Position numbers and translations under genes: made by a program
Assembly (NCBI GenBank): GCA_963704725.1
Contig: OY969934.1
Coordinates: 1,248,001-1,312,000 of the forward strand
Length of the DNA stretch: 64,000 nucleotides
Direction of reading: 5' to 3'
Origin: an uncultured Actinomycetes bacterium
Lineage (GTDB): Bacteria; Actinomycetota; UBA4738; HRBIN12
Notes under the pieces: model-generated
The model's database searches: none
Seen by the model: the letters and a program-made list of their open reading frames with translations, nothing else
What the model was told of the DNA's origin: nothing
Shown here: positions 10,015-20,650 of the stretch, piece after piece
Layout: every line of letters starts with the position of its first letter
How positions within the stretch are numbered: the first letter of the stretch is position 1

Positions 10015-10273
10015 TCGAGAGCTCGGAGGCCGCCGGCACGAGCGCCGTCTCCCACTGCTCGCGCCGCTTGCGGCTCCGGCCCACCTGCACCACGACCCGG
10101 CCCGTCACGACCACGACGACGGCGTCGGACCCGCGATCGGAGATCGGGCCGAGGCTCTGATTCCGGTCCAGGCAGACGACCTCCGACCACAGGCGGTCGG
10201 TCTCGAACAGCGTCGCGTGATGCGGTCCGTCCTCGTCGAAGTGCACGAGATCGCGCAGGTCACGGGCCTCCAC
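9938..10273 (-). CDS. cupin-fold small protein
   Basis: Beta-rich cupin pattern ending ELSITNASPDPAVVLIVTAPP; lacks the usual metal His residues. Confidence 0.65.
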   Translation of the reverse strand: MEARDLRDLVHFDEDGPHHATLFETDRLWSEVVCLDRNQSLGPISDRGSDAVVVVVTGRVVVQVGRSRKRREQWETALVPAASELSITNASPDPAVVLIVTAPPPPAPTAG

Positions 10274-10386
10274 GGACCGCAGGGTACCGTCCCACGGCCG
10301 GACCATCCGGCCGGCGAGCGCGACCGGCCGCACCCGGTGGCGCCCCGATAGACTCCCCCTTCGGCCGACGACGCAAGGAGTGTGCG

Positions 10387-11876
<1,490 letters not shown>

Positions 11877-11880
<4 letters not shown>

Positions 11881-12602
11881 CCACGGAGGATCCGGCCGCG
11901 GAGGGATCCGGCCCGGCCCTGGCCGTCTTCGCGCACCCCGACGACGCCGAGATCTCCGCGGGCGGCACGCTCGCGAAGTGGGCGGCCACGGGGCGCGAGG
12001 TGCATCTGCTGGTGCTCACGAACGGCGACCGCGGCTCGCAGGACCCCGCGCTCGACCGCGCCGAGCTCGCCCGGATCCGCGCCCGCGAGACCGTCGAGGG
12101 AGCCCGGGTCCTCGGCCTGTCGAGCGCGACGGTGCTCGACGTCCACGACGGTGACCTGGAGAACACGCCGCAGATCCGCGCCGAGGTCGTCCGGGCGATC
12201 CGGCGCGTCCGGCCCACCACGGTCGTCTCGTGCGACCCGACGGCGTGGTTCTTCGAGAACCGCTACTACAACCACTCCGACCACCGCACGGCCGGCGTGA
12301 TCGCGCTCGACGCGGTGTTCCCCGGCGCCGGCAACCCCCACTACTTCACCGACCACCTGCAGGAGGGACTCGATCCGCACGACGTTGCCCACGTGTGGCT
12401 GGGATGGACGCTCGAGCCCAACCACCGGGAGGACGTCACCGGGTTCCTCGAGACCAAGCTCGCCGCGCTGGCCGAGCACGACAGCCAGCTCGCCGAGGGC
12501 ATCCGCTTCTTCGAGCAGGAGCTCACGAAGGAGGCCGAGGAGGCCGGCGGCGCGATCGGCGCCCGCCACGCCGAGGAGTTCCGCGTGCTCGACCTGTCCT
12601 GA
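11877..12602 (+). CDS. PIG-L/LmbE family deacetylase
   Basis: AHPDDAE and HSDH motifs; GTGA overlap with pepA. Confidence 0.9.
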
Positions 12603-12670
12603 GGCAAGCCGCCCTCGCGTTGATGAAGACATCCCTGCGCCATTCGCGCCCACCGATACGCTGAGCGACG

Positions 12671-12847
12671 ATGGCGCGCAGGGATCGTTGCCCGCGGTGT
12701 CGGGGCCGAGGTTGGATCATCGTGCGAACCAACTGGGCCGCTTTCTTGTTCTGGTGGGTGGCGGTGTTGCTGGATCGGCCCTTCTTCGACAGCGAGACGT
12801 GTCCGACATGCGGCGGCTCGGGTCGGACTCCATGGCGAGTGGAGTAG
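12671..12847 (+). CDS. 58-aa microprotein with two CxxCxGxG (DnaJ-type zinc finger) motifs around a hydrophobic core
   Basis: Hand translation MARRDRCPRCRGRGWIIVRTNWAAFLFWWVAVLLDRPFFDSETCPTCGGSGRTPWRVE; TACGCT 8 nt before the ATG; absent from the ORF track. Confidence 0.65.
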   Translation: MARRDRCPRCRGRGWIIVRTNWAAFLFWWVAVLLDRPFFDSETCPTCGGSGRTPWRVE

Positions 12848-12893
12848 CACGCCGCGCGAGCGTCGTCTTGCGGGAGGAAGGAAGGTTCGACCG

Positions 12894-13685
12894 CTACGGC
12901 TTGACGCCGACCGCGAAGGCGACGTCGCGGAAGTCGTTGAGGGGATCGGCGAAGCGGTCCGCGAAGACCTCGCGGCCTCGCGCGATCATCGACGCGTAGC
13001 CGCTCTCGCCGAGCATCGACCGGACGAAGCGGCCGGTGGCCCACGTGGACAGGCCCTCCACGTACTCGTCCAGCCCGTACGTGAAGTGGTACCGGCGGAT
13101 CTCGGTTCGGACGTGACGGAGGCCCGCGTCCATCAGCGCCTCCTCGAGCGCCTCGCGGTCGCGGAAGCGCTCGCGCCAGGGGAGCCGCTCGTTGAGCGCC
13201 GGCTGCAGGATCTCGCGCGGCACCGCCCGCTCGACGATCTCGGTCCAGGTGCGCGACAGCTCGTCCTCGCCGTCCGCCCACGCGCTGAGGGCCAGCCGAC
13301 CGCCGGGGCGGAGCACCCGGAGCATGTCGAAGAGAGCGGTCTGGTACTTGGTGAAGTGCGCGAGCACGAAGTTGGCGACCACCGCGTCGAACGATCCGTC
13401 GCGGAACGGCAGGTCGATGGCCTCGGCGGCGGCCGTGGCGACCGACGGTCGCGCTCGCCGGCCCACCGCGAGCATCCCCAGCGACTGGTCGACCCCGAAC
13501 GCCGTCGCCCCGGCCTGCGCCGCGGCCTCGGCGGCCACCCCCGTCCCCGTCCCGACGTCCAGGACCCGCGACCCGGGGCCCGCCCCCGCCACCGCGACGA
13601 GATCCCGCGCGGGCTGGGCGAGCCGGGACGCGTGGATCCGCTCGTACGTCTCCGCGACGCCGTCGTAGCTGCGCCAGCCGTCCAT
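12894..13685 (-). CDS. class I SAM-dependent methyltransferase (UbiE-like)
   Basis: VLDVGTGTG, LPFRDGSFDAV, RVLRPGG. Confidence 0.9.
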   Translation of the reverse strand: MDGWRSYDGVAETYERIHASRLAQPARDLVAVAGAGPGSRVLDVGTGTGVAAEAAAQAGATAFGVDQSLGMLAVGRRARPSVATAAAEAIDLPFRDGSFDAVVANFVLAHFTKYQTALFDMLRVLRPGGRLALSAWADGEDELSRTWTEIVERAVPREILQPALNERLPWRERFRDREALEEALMDAGLRHVRTEIRRYHFTYGLDEYVEGLSTWATGRFVRSMLGESGYASMIARGREVFADRFADPLNDFRDVAFAVGVKP

Positions 13686-13773
13686 CGGGAGCCCAGCCTA
13701 CCCGTCGATCTCGCATCCGAGGGATCGCCCGGCGCCAGCCGGTAGGCTGTGCCGCGGGCATGCGGGAGACGAG

Positions 13774-14550
13774 GTGACCGGCCCGGCCGGCGTGACGGCG
13801 CTCGTGCTCGCGGAGACGGTGGCGGGCGGTCTGGTGCTGCTGTTCCTGACCCCGCTGTGGAACGAGGTGAAGCGGGGGTTCTTCACGCTCACCGGGTCGA
13901 TCCTGCTCGCCCTGACCGCCGCGGCGTGGGCGTCCGTCGACGCCGGCCTCGTCCGGGGAAGCGGGGCGGGGACCTGGGCGCTCCGTCTGTCGATCGTGCT
14001 GGCGGCGCTCCTGCTGGCCTGCGTCGCACTGCTGTTCGCGCGACGGCAGGCGTTCGCCCGCGCGCTCGGGTTCGCCGCCGCGCCGGTGGCGATCGCCCTG
14101 CTCGTCGCGATGGCGGGCACCGCGGAGGGTTCCTCGGTCGTCGCGATGCTGCAGCTGCTGGCCGGGGCGGCCTTCCTTGGGGCGGTCATGGATGGGCTGC
14201 TGCTCGGCCACTGGTACCTCACCGACCGCGGCCTGACGCGAACGCCGATCAACCGGACGACGAACCTGCTCCTCGTCGGCGTCGTGCTCGAGGCGGCGGC
14301 GCTGCTCCTCGGCGGGTTCGGCCCCACCGAGGCCAGCTCGCAGTTCAACCCTCTCCTCACGTCGGCCGGTCTGGCCTCGTGGATCGCGCTGGGGATGGTC
14401 GCGACGACCGCGCTCATCGCCGTGATGATCCGGCTCACGCTGAAGGGCGCGAGGTCCTCGGCCGTCCAGGCGGCCACCGGGTTCTTCTACCTCGCCGTGA
14501 TCACGGCGATGACGGCCGAGTTCGCGGCCAAGGTCCGCTTCCTTCCCTGA
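13774..14550 (+). CDS. integral membrane protein of unknown function
   Basis: About 8 TM helices; conserved-looking LLGHWYL motif. Confidence 0.7.
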   Translation: MTGPAGVTALVLAETVAGGLVLLFLTPLWNEVKRGFFTLTGSILLALTAAAWASVDAGLVRGSGAGTWALRLSIVLAALLLACVALLFARRQAFARALGFAAAPVAIALLVAMAGTAEGSSVVAMLQLLAGAAFLGAVMDGLLLGHWYLTDRGLTRTPINRTTNLLLVGVVLEAAALLLGGFGPTEASSQFNPLLTSAGLASWIALGMVATTALIAVMIRLTLKGARSSAVQAATGFFYLAVITAMTAEFAAKVRFLP

Positions 14551-14555
14551 CCCCG

Positions 14556-15185
14556 ATGGACGCCGTGGTGATGATCGGTGGGCTGGCGCTCGAGGGCGCG
14601 GCGTGGTGGGTGGTGGCGTTCCGCCGAGGGGACGTGTGGCGGGCCACGGTTCCCGCGCTCGTCGCGATCGGTCTCGCCGCCCTGGTCGCCGGTCCTCCCG
14701 CGTGGTCGCCCGCCGTCCATCCCGCGGTCGCCGTGGGCGGTGGCGCGGCGGCCGGCGTGGCGCTGTACCTCGCGACGCGCGCGTTCGTGGCCGTGGTCGC
14801 GCCGTGGGAGAGCTTCCACCGGCACTCGCTGGCGATGTACCTGCGGCAGGGGGAGCGGTCCCTGGCCCACGCGCTCGTGCTGTCGGTGGTCCTGTCGGTC
14901 CCGGGGGAGGAGATGTTCTGGCGTGGGTTCTTCCAGCGCCAGCTGCTCGACGCGTTCGGGGGCCGGGCCGCGCTGGCCGCCCTCGTCACGTGGGCCGCGT
15001 TCGTCGCGGCCAACCTGCCGAGCGCGAACCTCGCGATCGTGGCCGGCGCCGTGGTCGGCGGGGCGGCCTGGACCGGATTGGGGTGGTGGTGCGGCGGCGC
15101 CCTCGCGCCGCTCGCCTCGCACGCGGTGTGGACGGCGCTGATGCTCTCGTTCCCCGTCGTTCGCGGGGCCGAGGTCGGGCCGTGA
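14556..15185 (+). CDS. CPBP (Abi/CAAX) family intramembrane metalloprotease
   Basis: EEMFWRGF and SHAVW motifs; multi-TM. Confidence 0.8.
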   Translation: MDAVVMIGGLALEGAAWWVVAFRRGDVWRATVPALVAIGLAALVAGPPAWSPAVHPAVAVGGGAAAGVALYLATRAFVAVVAPWESFHRHSLAMYLRQGERSLAHALVLSVVLSVPGEEMFWRGFFQRQLLDAFGGRAALAALVTWAAFVAANLPSANLAIVAGAVVGGAAWTGLGWWCGGALAPLASHAVWTALMLSFPVVRGAEVGP

Positions 15186-16138
15186 ACGACCTGCCCGACG
15201 ACGTCCGGGCCGTCCTGGAGCGCGGCGCGTTCTGCCACGTGGCCGCGCTCACCCCGATCGGGCCCCACGTGACCCCGATGGTGTTCTCGATCGCCGGCGG
15301 GCGGGTATGGGTGACGACCTCGAGGCGATCGGTCAAGGCGCGCGCCTGGAGGTCGGATCCTCGCACGGCCGGGCTCGTGCGGGCCGGAGACGAGGCCGTC
15401 GTGTTCACCGGCGTCGCCGTGACGCACGACGCCCTCGAGCCCTCGTCGTGGGCCCGCTCGCTCGCGGAGACCCCCGTGCTCTCGCTCGCGGCGGCGCGCT
15501 TCACACGGAAGAACGCGCGGTTCTTCGCCGGCTACGCCGTCGACGCCCACGCCGTGCCGCTGGCCTGGACCCCCCCGGGCCGCGTCTTCGTCGAGATGCG
15601 GATCGACCGTGTGGCCCTGCTGGGAGCGGAGGGGGCGCCCCGGGGGTGGGGGACGTGGCGGGAGGCCGACGTGCCCTCCGCGCCGCGCTTCAGGGCCGCC
15701 CGAGCGGGCGAGGCGCCGCTCGCGGCGCTGCCCCCGGCGATCCGGATCGCGCTCGGCGACCGGGGCCGGGGCTCGCTCGCGGTCGACGGGGGGGAGGGCC
15801 CCGTCGTCCTGCCCGTGGCGTGGGCGGTCGAGGGGTCGGGCCTGTACGCGATCGCGAGCGAGGCGACGATGGCGCTCGCGGCGCCGGCTGGGGCGACGCC
15901 CCGCGTGGCGTTGGGGATCGACCGCCCGGCGTCGTGGCGGGCCCGGGAGATGGTCGGCGCCATGGTGCGGGGCACGGCGTCGATCCACGTGGCCCGGTGC
16001 CTGGCCTCGGGCGGTCGCTCCGCGCGCGCCGTGGCGTCGGCGGCGGGCGCAGGATCCGAGGACGCGGTCGTCGCCACGATCCGTCCGGAGCGCGCCGTGT
16101 GGTGGCGGGGCTGGGAGAGCGGGACGGTGACGGTGTGA
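15182..16138 (+). CDS. pyridoxamine 5'-phosphate oxidase-like (split-barrel) protein, apparently two domains
   Basis: HVAALTPIGPHVTPMVF, SVKARAWRSDPR; second copy GPVVLPVAW...PRVAL. Confidence 0.7.
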   Translation: MNDLPDDVRAVLERGAFCHVAALTPIGPHVTPMVFSIAGGRVWVTTSRRSVKARAWRSDPRTAGLVRAGDEAVVFTGVAVTHDALEPSSWARSLAETPVLSLAAARFTRKNARFFAGYAVDAHAVPLAWTPPGRVFVEMRIDRVALLGAEGAPRGWGTWREADVPSAPRFRAARAGEAPLAALPPAIRIALGDRGRGSLAVDGGEGPVVLPVAWAVEGSGLYAIASEATMALAAPAGATPRVALGIDRPASWRAREMVGAMVRGTASIHVARCLASGGRSARAVASAAGAGSEDAVVATIRPERAVWWRGWESGTVTV

Positions 16139-16593
16139 CCACGGTGTCGGTCTCGGTCGACGTGGACGCGCCGCCCGAGCGCGTGTGGGCGGTGATCTCG
16201 GACCCGGCCAATCTGCCGCACTGGAATCGCCACATCGTTCGCGTGGTGGGGGTGCCGGCCACCGGGCTCGCTCTGGGTGTGCGGTACGTGACCGAGATGC
16301 GGTTCATGGCGGTTCGGGCCAAGGTGCGCGCCGAGGTCCTGGAGTGGGACCCGCCACGCCGCGCCTCGATCTTGCTCACGGGGGTGCTCGACGCCACCGT
16401 GACCTCGACGGTCGAGCCGCGGGGCGCCGGGCGGAGCCGCCTCGAGCACGTGGTGGAGTACCGCTTCCGCGGCGGGCCCGTGGGCGAGCTGGTGGCGAGC
16501 AGCCTGCGTCTCGTCGGCGGCGCACAGTACGCCCTCCGTCACGGCACCCAGGCGCAGAAGGTCGAGATCGAGTCGGGCGTCGGGCGCGACTGA
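16135..16593 (+). CDS. SRPBCC family protein
   Basis: VDVDAPPERVWAVISDPANLPHWN; GTGA overlap. Confidence 0.8.
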   Translation: MTTVSVSVDVDAPPERVWAVISDPANLPHWNRHIVRVVGVPATGLALGVRYVTEMRFMAVRAKVRAEVLEWDPPRRASILLTGVLDATVTSTVEPRGAGRSRLEHVVEYRFRGGPVGELVASSLRLVGGAQYALRHGTQAQKVEIESGVGRD

Positions 16594-16604
16594 ACGCGGA
16601 TCGA

Positions 16605-16910
16605 TCAGTCGCCGTCGGGCTTGCGGAGCCGACGTCGCTCCTCGCGGCCCGGGCGGCCGACGAAGTACCCGATCACGAACCCGAGGATCCCCGCCACGGC
16701 GATCACGGTGACGACCCGCGCCTGTGTCTGGAAGACCAGGAAGTTGACGCGCACGGGCTTGAAGTTCAGCGCTGCGAACGCGACCAACAGGACGGCCAGG
16801 ACGCCGATCAGGACCTGCTTCGGCGTGAGGCCGGATCGCGTGGGGGCCTCCGGGATGGGGCCGTCGGGATCCCGATGGCCCTCCGACCCGAGGTCGTCGC
16901 CCCGTCGCAT
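16605..16910 (-). CDS. LapA/DUF1049-like small membrane protein
   Basis: FAALNFKPVRVNFL between two TM helices; basic tail; GGAGG RBS. Confidence 0.7.
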   Translation of the reverse strand: MRRGDDLGSEGHRDPDGPIPEAPTRSGLTPKQVLIGVLAVLLVAFAALNFKPVRVNFLVFQTQARVVTVIAVAGILGFVIGYFVGRPGREERRRLRKPDGD

Positions 16911-16981
16911 CGCGTCCTCCTCCCTCCGGTCCCGGATCCGGTCCGGGGCCCTCGACCGATCGTCGCATATCATCGCCGCCC

Positions 16982-17593
16982 GTGAGGGCGCGCAGGCTGA
17001 TCCGGGCGACGGGGATCTTGGGAGCCGCCGTCGCGGTCGGGGTGTGGAGCTCGGGGGGCCGGGGTCGCGAGCTCGACCGGGAGGCGTTCCGAGCCCTGAA
17101 CCGCGATCGAGGTCCGGTCGCCGACGCCGTGCTCCATGGCGTCACGGAGCTCGGCTCGATCTGGGCGCCGATCGGCGCGGGGGCCGTGCTCGCGGCCGCC
17201 GGCCGGCGGCGGGCGGCGGCGCGGGGCCTCGCCGCGGCCGGGGCGACGTGGCTCGCCGGCCAGGGCCTGAAGAAGCTCTTCCTTCGACCGCGCCCGTACG
17301 TCGACGATCCGTCCGGGACCCGCCTTCTGATCGGGCCGCCGCGCGCCACCTCGTGGCCGAGCAGCCACCCGGCCGTGCTCCTGGCGTTCACGACCGTCGC
17401 CGGCCGCGAGGTGGGCGCGAGGGCTCGGGGCCGGGCCGCCCTGGACGGGCTGGGACTCCTCGTGGGGCTGTCGAGGACCTACGTGGGCGTGCACTACCCG
17501 GCCGACGTGGTGGGCGGGGTGCTCATGGGAAGGGCAGTGGCCGCCGTGATCTCGGACGGAGCGCGCCCGGGCGGCGCCGGGATCGACGGATAG
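16982..17593 (+). CDS. PAP2 family phosphatase
   Basis: KKLFLRPRP, PSSH, SRTYVGVHYPADV. Confidence 0.9.
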   Translation: MRARRLIRATGILGAAVAVGVWSSGGRGRELDREAFRALNRDRGPVADAVLHGVTELGSIWAPIGAGAVLAAAGRRRAAARGLAAAGATWLAGQGLKKLFLRPRPYVDDPSGTRLLIGPPRATSWPSSHPAVLLAFTTVAGREVGARARGRAALDGLGLLVGLSRTYVGVHYPADVVGGVLMGRAVAAVISDGARPGGAGIDG

Positions 17594-17603
17594 ACTCGGC
17601 GCC

Positions 17604-18542
17604 GTGATCCCTCTCGTCGGCGCCATCGGATGGCCCGTGATCGACCGGTGGCACATCTTCGGCGCGTTCGCGATCAGCCCCCATGGCGTGATGATCGCGG
17701 TCGGCTACCTCTTCGGCGCGTGGATCCTGTCGCACGAGGGGCCCAAGCGCGGGCTCACCGTCGAGCACATCAACTCGATGGTCTTCTGGTCCCTGGTCGG
17801 GACGATCATCGGCGCCCGGCTGTTCTTCGTCATCGGCCACTACTCCGAGTTCGACTCGATCGGGGAGATGCTCGCGGTCTGGAGGGGCGGGCTCACGATC
17901 ATGGGCGGCATGGCCGGGGCGGTCCTGATCAACGTGCCGCTGATGCGCCGGTACGGCTATCGGTTCTTCCAGGTCATGGACGGCGCCGTGATCGGGCTGG
18001 CGTTCGGCATCGCGTTCGGCCGGATCGGCGACCTCATCATCGGCGACCACTACGGCAAGCCGACGAGCTGGCTTCTCGCGTTCCAGTACAAGGGCACCGG
18101 GGTGCCGGCGGGGTTCGCCTGTGCCGCCGACACCTGTACGACGACCCTTCAGGGCAACCAGGTCCTCGAGCTCACGCACCGGGGCGCCACGCTGACCTCC
18201 TCGACCGGGGAGATCCTCGGGACCGGCGTCGGGATCCACCAGACGGCGCTGTACGACATGATCCTCGCGACCCTGCTGTTCCTCGTGCTGTATCTGCTCT
18301 CGCGGAGCCCCCGCCGGGTCGGGGTGCTGACGCTGACGTTCGGGGCCTGGTACGGCGGCTCCCGCGTCCTCGAGGACTTCCTCCGCGTCGACAAGCACAT
18401 CTTCGGGCTGACCGGGAGCCAGTGGACCGGGATGACCGTGTCGATCGTGTGCCTGGTCACGCTGACGGTCTGGGCGCTCCGCCGGGATGCGGGCCGTCCA
18501 CCCGACGACCGCGAGCCGATCTCCGACGCCGTCGCGGCCTGA
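17604..18542 (+). CDS. lgt: prolipoprotein diacylglyceryl transferase
   Basis: IGARLFFV, WRGGLTIMGG, GRIGDL..G, HQTALYD, LEDFLR. Confidence 0.88.
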   Translation: MIPLVGAIGWPVIDRWHIFGAFAISPHGVMIAVGYLFGAWILSHEGPKRGLTVEHINSMVFWSLVGTIIGARLFFVIGHYSEFDSIGEMLAVWRGGLTIMGGMAGAVLINVPLMRRYGYRFFQVMDGAVIGLAFGIAFGRIGDLIIGDHYGKPTSWLLAFQYKGTGVPAGFACAADTCTTTLQGNQVLELTHRGATLTSSTGEILGTGVGIHQTALYDMILATLLFLVLYLLSRSPRRVGVLTLTFGAWYGGSRVLEDFLRVDKHIFGLTGSQWTGMTVSIVCLVTLTVWALRRDAGRPPDDREPISDAVAA

Positions 18543-18599
18543 CGCCGCTCCCGAAGCGCCGGCCGTTCCGGCGGATCCGCTCCCCGAACTGGACGAGTC

Positions 18600-19742
18600 T
18601 CAGTGGGCGTGGCCCTGGTGGCCGCCGGAGGCGGCGGCCGCTCCCGGCTGGGCCATGAGCGGCAACGGCTTGCCCACCTTCGTCCGAGACGTCCGGGCGA
18701 GCTCCCGGGCGGCCGCGCGCAGCGCCTCGCCCGCGGGGGAGTCGGGGTGGCTCACGACGATCGGCATGCCGGCGTCGCCCCCCGCCCGGAGCAGCGGCAT
18801 GAGCGGGACCTGCGCCAGGAGCGGGACGCCGAGCGTGTCGGCGGCCTCCTGCCCGCCGCCCTCGCCGAAGATCGCCTCGCGCTCCCCGCAGTGCGGGCAG
18901 ACGAACCAGGACATGTTCTCGATCACGCCGACGGGTCGCAGGTTGGTGCGCTCGGCCATCTTGCCGGCGCGCTCGGCGACCTTGCGGGCGGCCTCCTGCG
19001 GCGTGGTGACCACGAGCATCGACGCGCCGGGCAGGAACGAGGCCAGGCTGATCGACACGTCGCCGGTGCCGGGAGGAAGGTCGCAGAGCAGGAAGTCCAG
19101 GTCGCCCCAGTAGACGTCGCCCAGGAACTGCTCGATCGCCTTGTGGAGCATGGGTCCGCGCCAGATCACCGGCGTCTCCTCGGGGACGAAGAACCCCATC
19201 GAGATGACCTTCACCCCGTGCGACTCGAGCGGCAGGATCATGTCGTTGAAGCCCACGGGCTTGCCGAAGACGCCCATCATCCTGGGGACGCTGAACCCCC
19301 ACACGTCGGCGTCCAGGATCCCCACGCGGTGACCCTCCGCCGCCATCGCGACGGCCAGGTTCACCGTGACGCTCGACTTGCCGACGCCCCCCTTGCCGGA
19401 GGCGACCGCGATCACGACGGTGTCGTCACTGGTGAAGAACGTCCGCTGTTCGGGGGCCGCGCTCCCGCGGAGCTGGCCGACGAGCTGCGCCCGCTGATCC
19501 TCGCTCATCGGCGTCATCCGCACGTCGACCGAGCTCACGCCGAGCGGCGCCAGTGCCGCCTGCACGTCGCCGGTGATGCGATCCTGCAGGGGGCAGCCGG
19601 CGATCGTCAGCAGGACGTCGACCCGGACGGCGTCGCCCTGGACCGCCACCCCGGCCAGCATGCCGAGCTCGTCGATCGGACGGCCGATCTCGGGATCGCG
19701 AACCTGGTGCAGCGCCTCGCGGACCTGGGCTTCGGTGACCAA
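18600..19742 (-). CDS. mrp: Mrp/NBP35 (ApbC) Fe-S carrier ATPase with N-terminal DUF59-like domain
   Basis: VRDPEI...TIAGCPL, SGKGGVGKS, DLPPGTGD, ENMSWFVCPHC; TTG start after GGAGG. Confidence 0.93.
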   Translation of the reverse strand: MVTEAQVREALHQVRDPEIGRPIDELGMLAGVAVQGDAVRVDVLLTIAGCPLQDRITGDVQAALAPLGVSSVDVRMTPMSEDQRAQLVGQLRGSAAPEQRTFFTSDDTVVIAVASGKGGVGKSSVTVNLAVAMAAEGHRVGILDADVWGFSVPRMMGVFGKPVGFNDMILPLESHGVKVISMGFFVPEETPVIWRGPMLHKAIEQFLGDVYWGDLDFLLCDLPPGTGDVSISLASFLPGASMLVVTTPQEAARKVAERAGKMAERTNLRPVGVIENMSWFVCPHCGEREAIFGEGGGQEAADTLGVPLLAQVPLMPLLRAGGDAGMPIVVSHPDSPAGEALRAAARELARTSRTKVGKPLPLMAQPGAAAASGGHQGHAH

Positions 19743-19825
19743 GGGCGAACCTCCGGGGATTATCCTGATTCCGACCGTGCGAACCGTGCGATCTCCCATG
19801 GTACGGCCAGTGCCCGGGGGCGTCG

Positions 19826-20515
19826 ATGCCGGGCCGTGAGCCGAGCCCGATCGGCGTCCACAAGGCGCTGGCCGACGATACGCGGTTCCGCCTCTACCGG
19901 TACCTCGGACTGTCCGGCCGCCCGGTCTCGGTGCGCGAGCTCTCGACCCGTCTGTCCCTGCACCCCAACACGCTGCGTCCGCACCTTCGCCGCCTGGAGG
20001 AGGCCGGCCTGGTCCGGCGAGAGACGCGGAAGGGACCGGCCGGGGTGGGCCGGCCCCAGACGCTCTACGTGGCGGTCGATCGCGAGGGCGACCAGGGGCG
20101 CGAGTACCGGCTGCTCGCCGAGATCCTGGCCGGCCTGGTGCGCGGGGTCCGCACCCGGGACCGGGCCACCGTCCTGGCTCGGGAGTGGGGGCAGTACCTC
20201 GCGATCCAGGGCGGGCCGAAGCCGGGGACACGGTTGCCGGCCGGCCGCAACCTCGCCGTCCTCCAGGAGGCCATGGCGCACGCCGGGTTCGAGCCGAGGT
20301 TCCGCCGGGCGGGGCGGGGGGCGGTCGAGGTCTCGCTGCGCGACTGCCCGTTCCGGGACCTCCTCGACGACCACCGCGAGCTGGTGTGCGCCATCCACCG
20401 AGGATTGGTAGAGGGCATGCTCGGGGCGCTCAAACCGCCCCTGACGCTCGTGTCGTTCGAGCCCCTGGCCGAGCGCACCGTGTGTCGCCTCGTGGCCCGT
20501 CCCCCGGACCCCTGA
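19826..20515 (+). CDS. ArsR/SufR-like HTH transcriptional regulator with C-terminal Cys motif
   Basis: HKALADDTRFRL, LHPNTLRPHLRRLEEAGLV, GRP; CPF...LVCAIH...C. Confidence 0.85.
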   Translation: MPGREPSPIGVHKALADDTRFRLYRYLGLSGRPVSVRELSTRLSLHPNTLRPHLRRLEEAGLVRRETRKGPAGVGRPQTLYVAVDREGDQGREYRLLAEILAGLVRGVRTRDRATVLAREWGQYLAIQGGPKPGTRLPAGRNLAVLQEAMAHAGFEPRFRRAGRGAVEVSLRDCPFRDLLDDHRELVCAIHRGLVEGMLGALKPPLTLVSFEPLAERTVCRLVARPPDP

Positions 20516-20559
20516 TCCGCACCGATTCTCCCCGAAATGTGGGAAACCCGAGCCCCGGG

Positions 20560-20588
20560 CTCAGGATGGGTGCGCGCGCAGTCGATAA
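20560..20588 (+). promoter_or_regulatory. candidate sigma-28 (FliA/WhiG-type) promoter CTCA-N17-GTCGATAA
   Basis: Resembles the GCCGATAA -10 element with an actinobacterial CTCA -35; upstream of pilT. Confidence 0.45.
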
Positions 20589-20650
20589 GGAACCGGGACA
20601 CCCCGGGTGTGGGTTCGGTTCTCCACGCGACCGGCCCGAAAGGCGGAGCG

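Noticed and set aside
20589-20650. Structured-looking pilT leader as a c-di-GMP riboswitch or tRNA
   Set aside because: I could not match the consensus elements of either by eye
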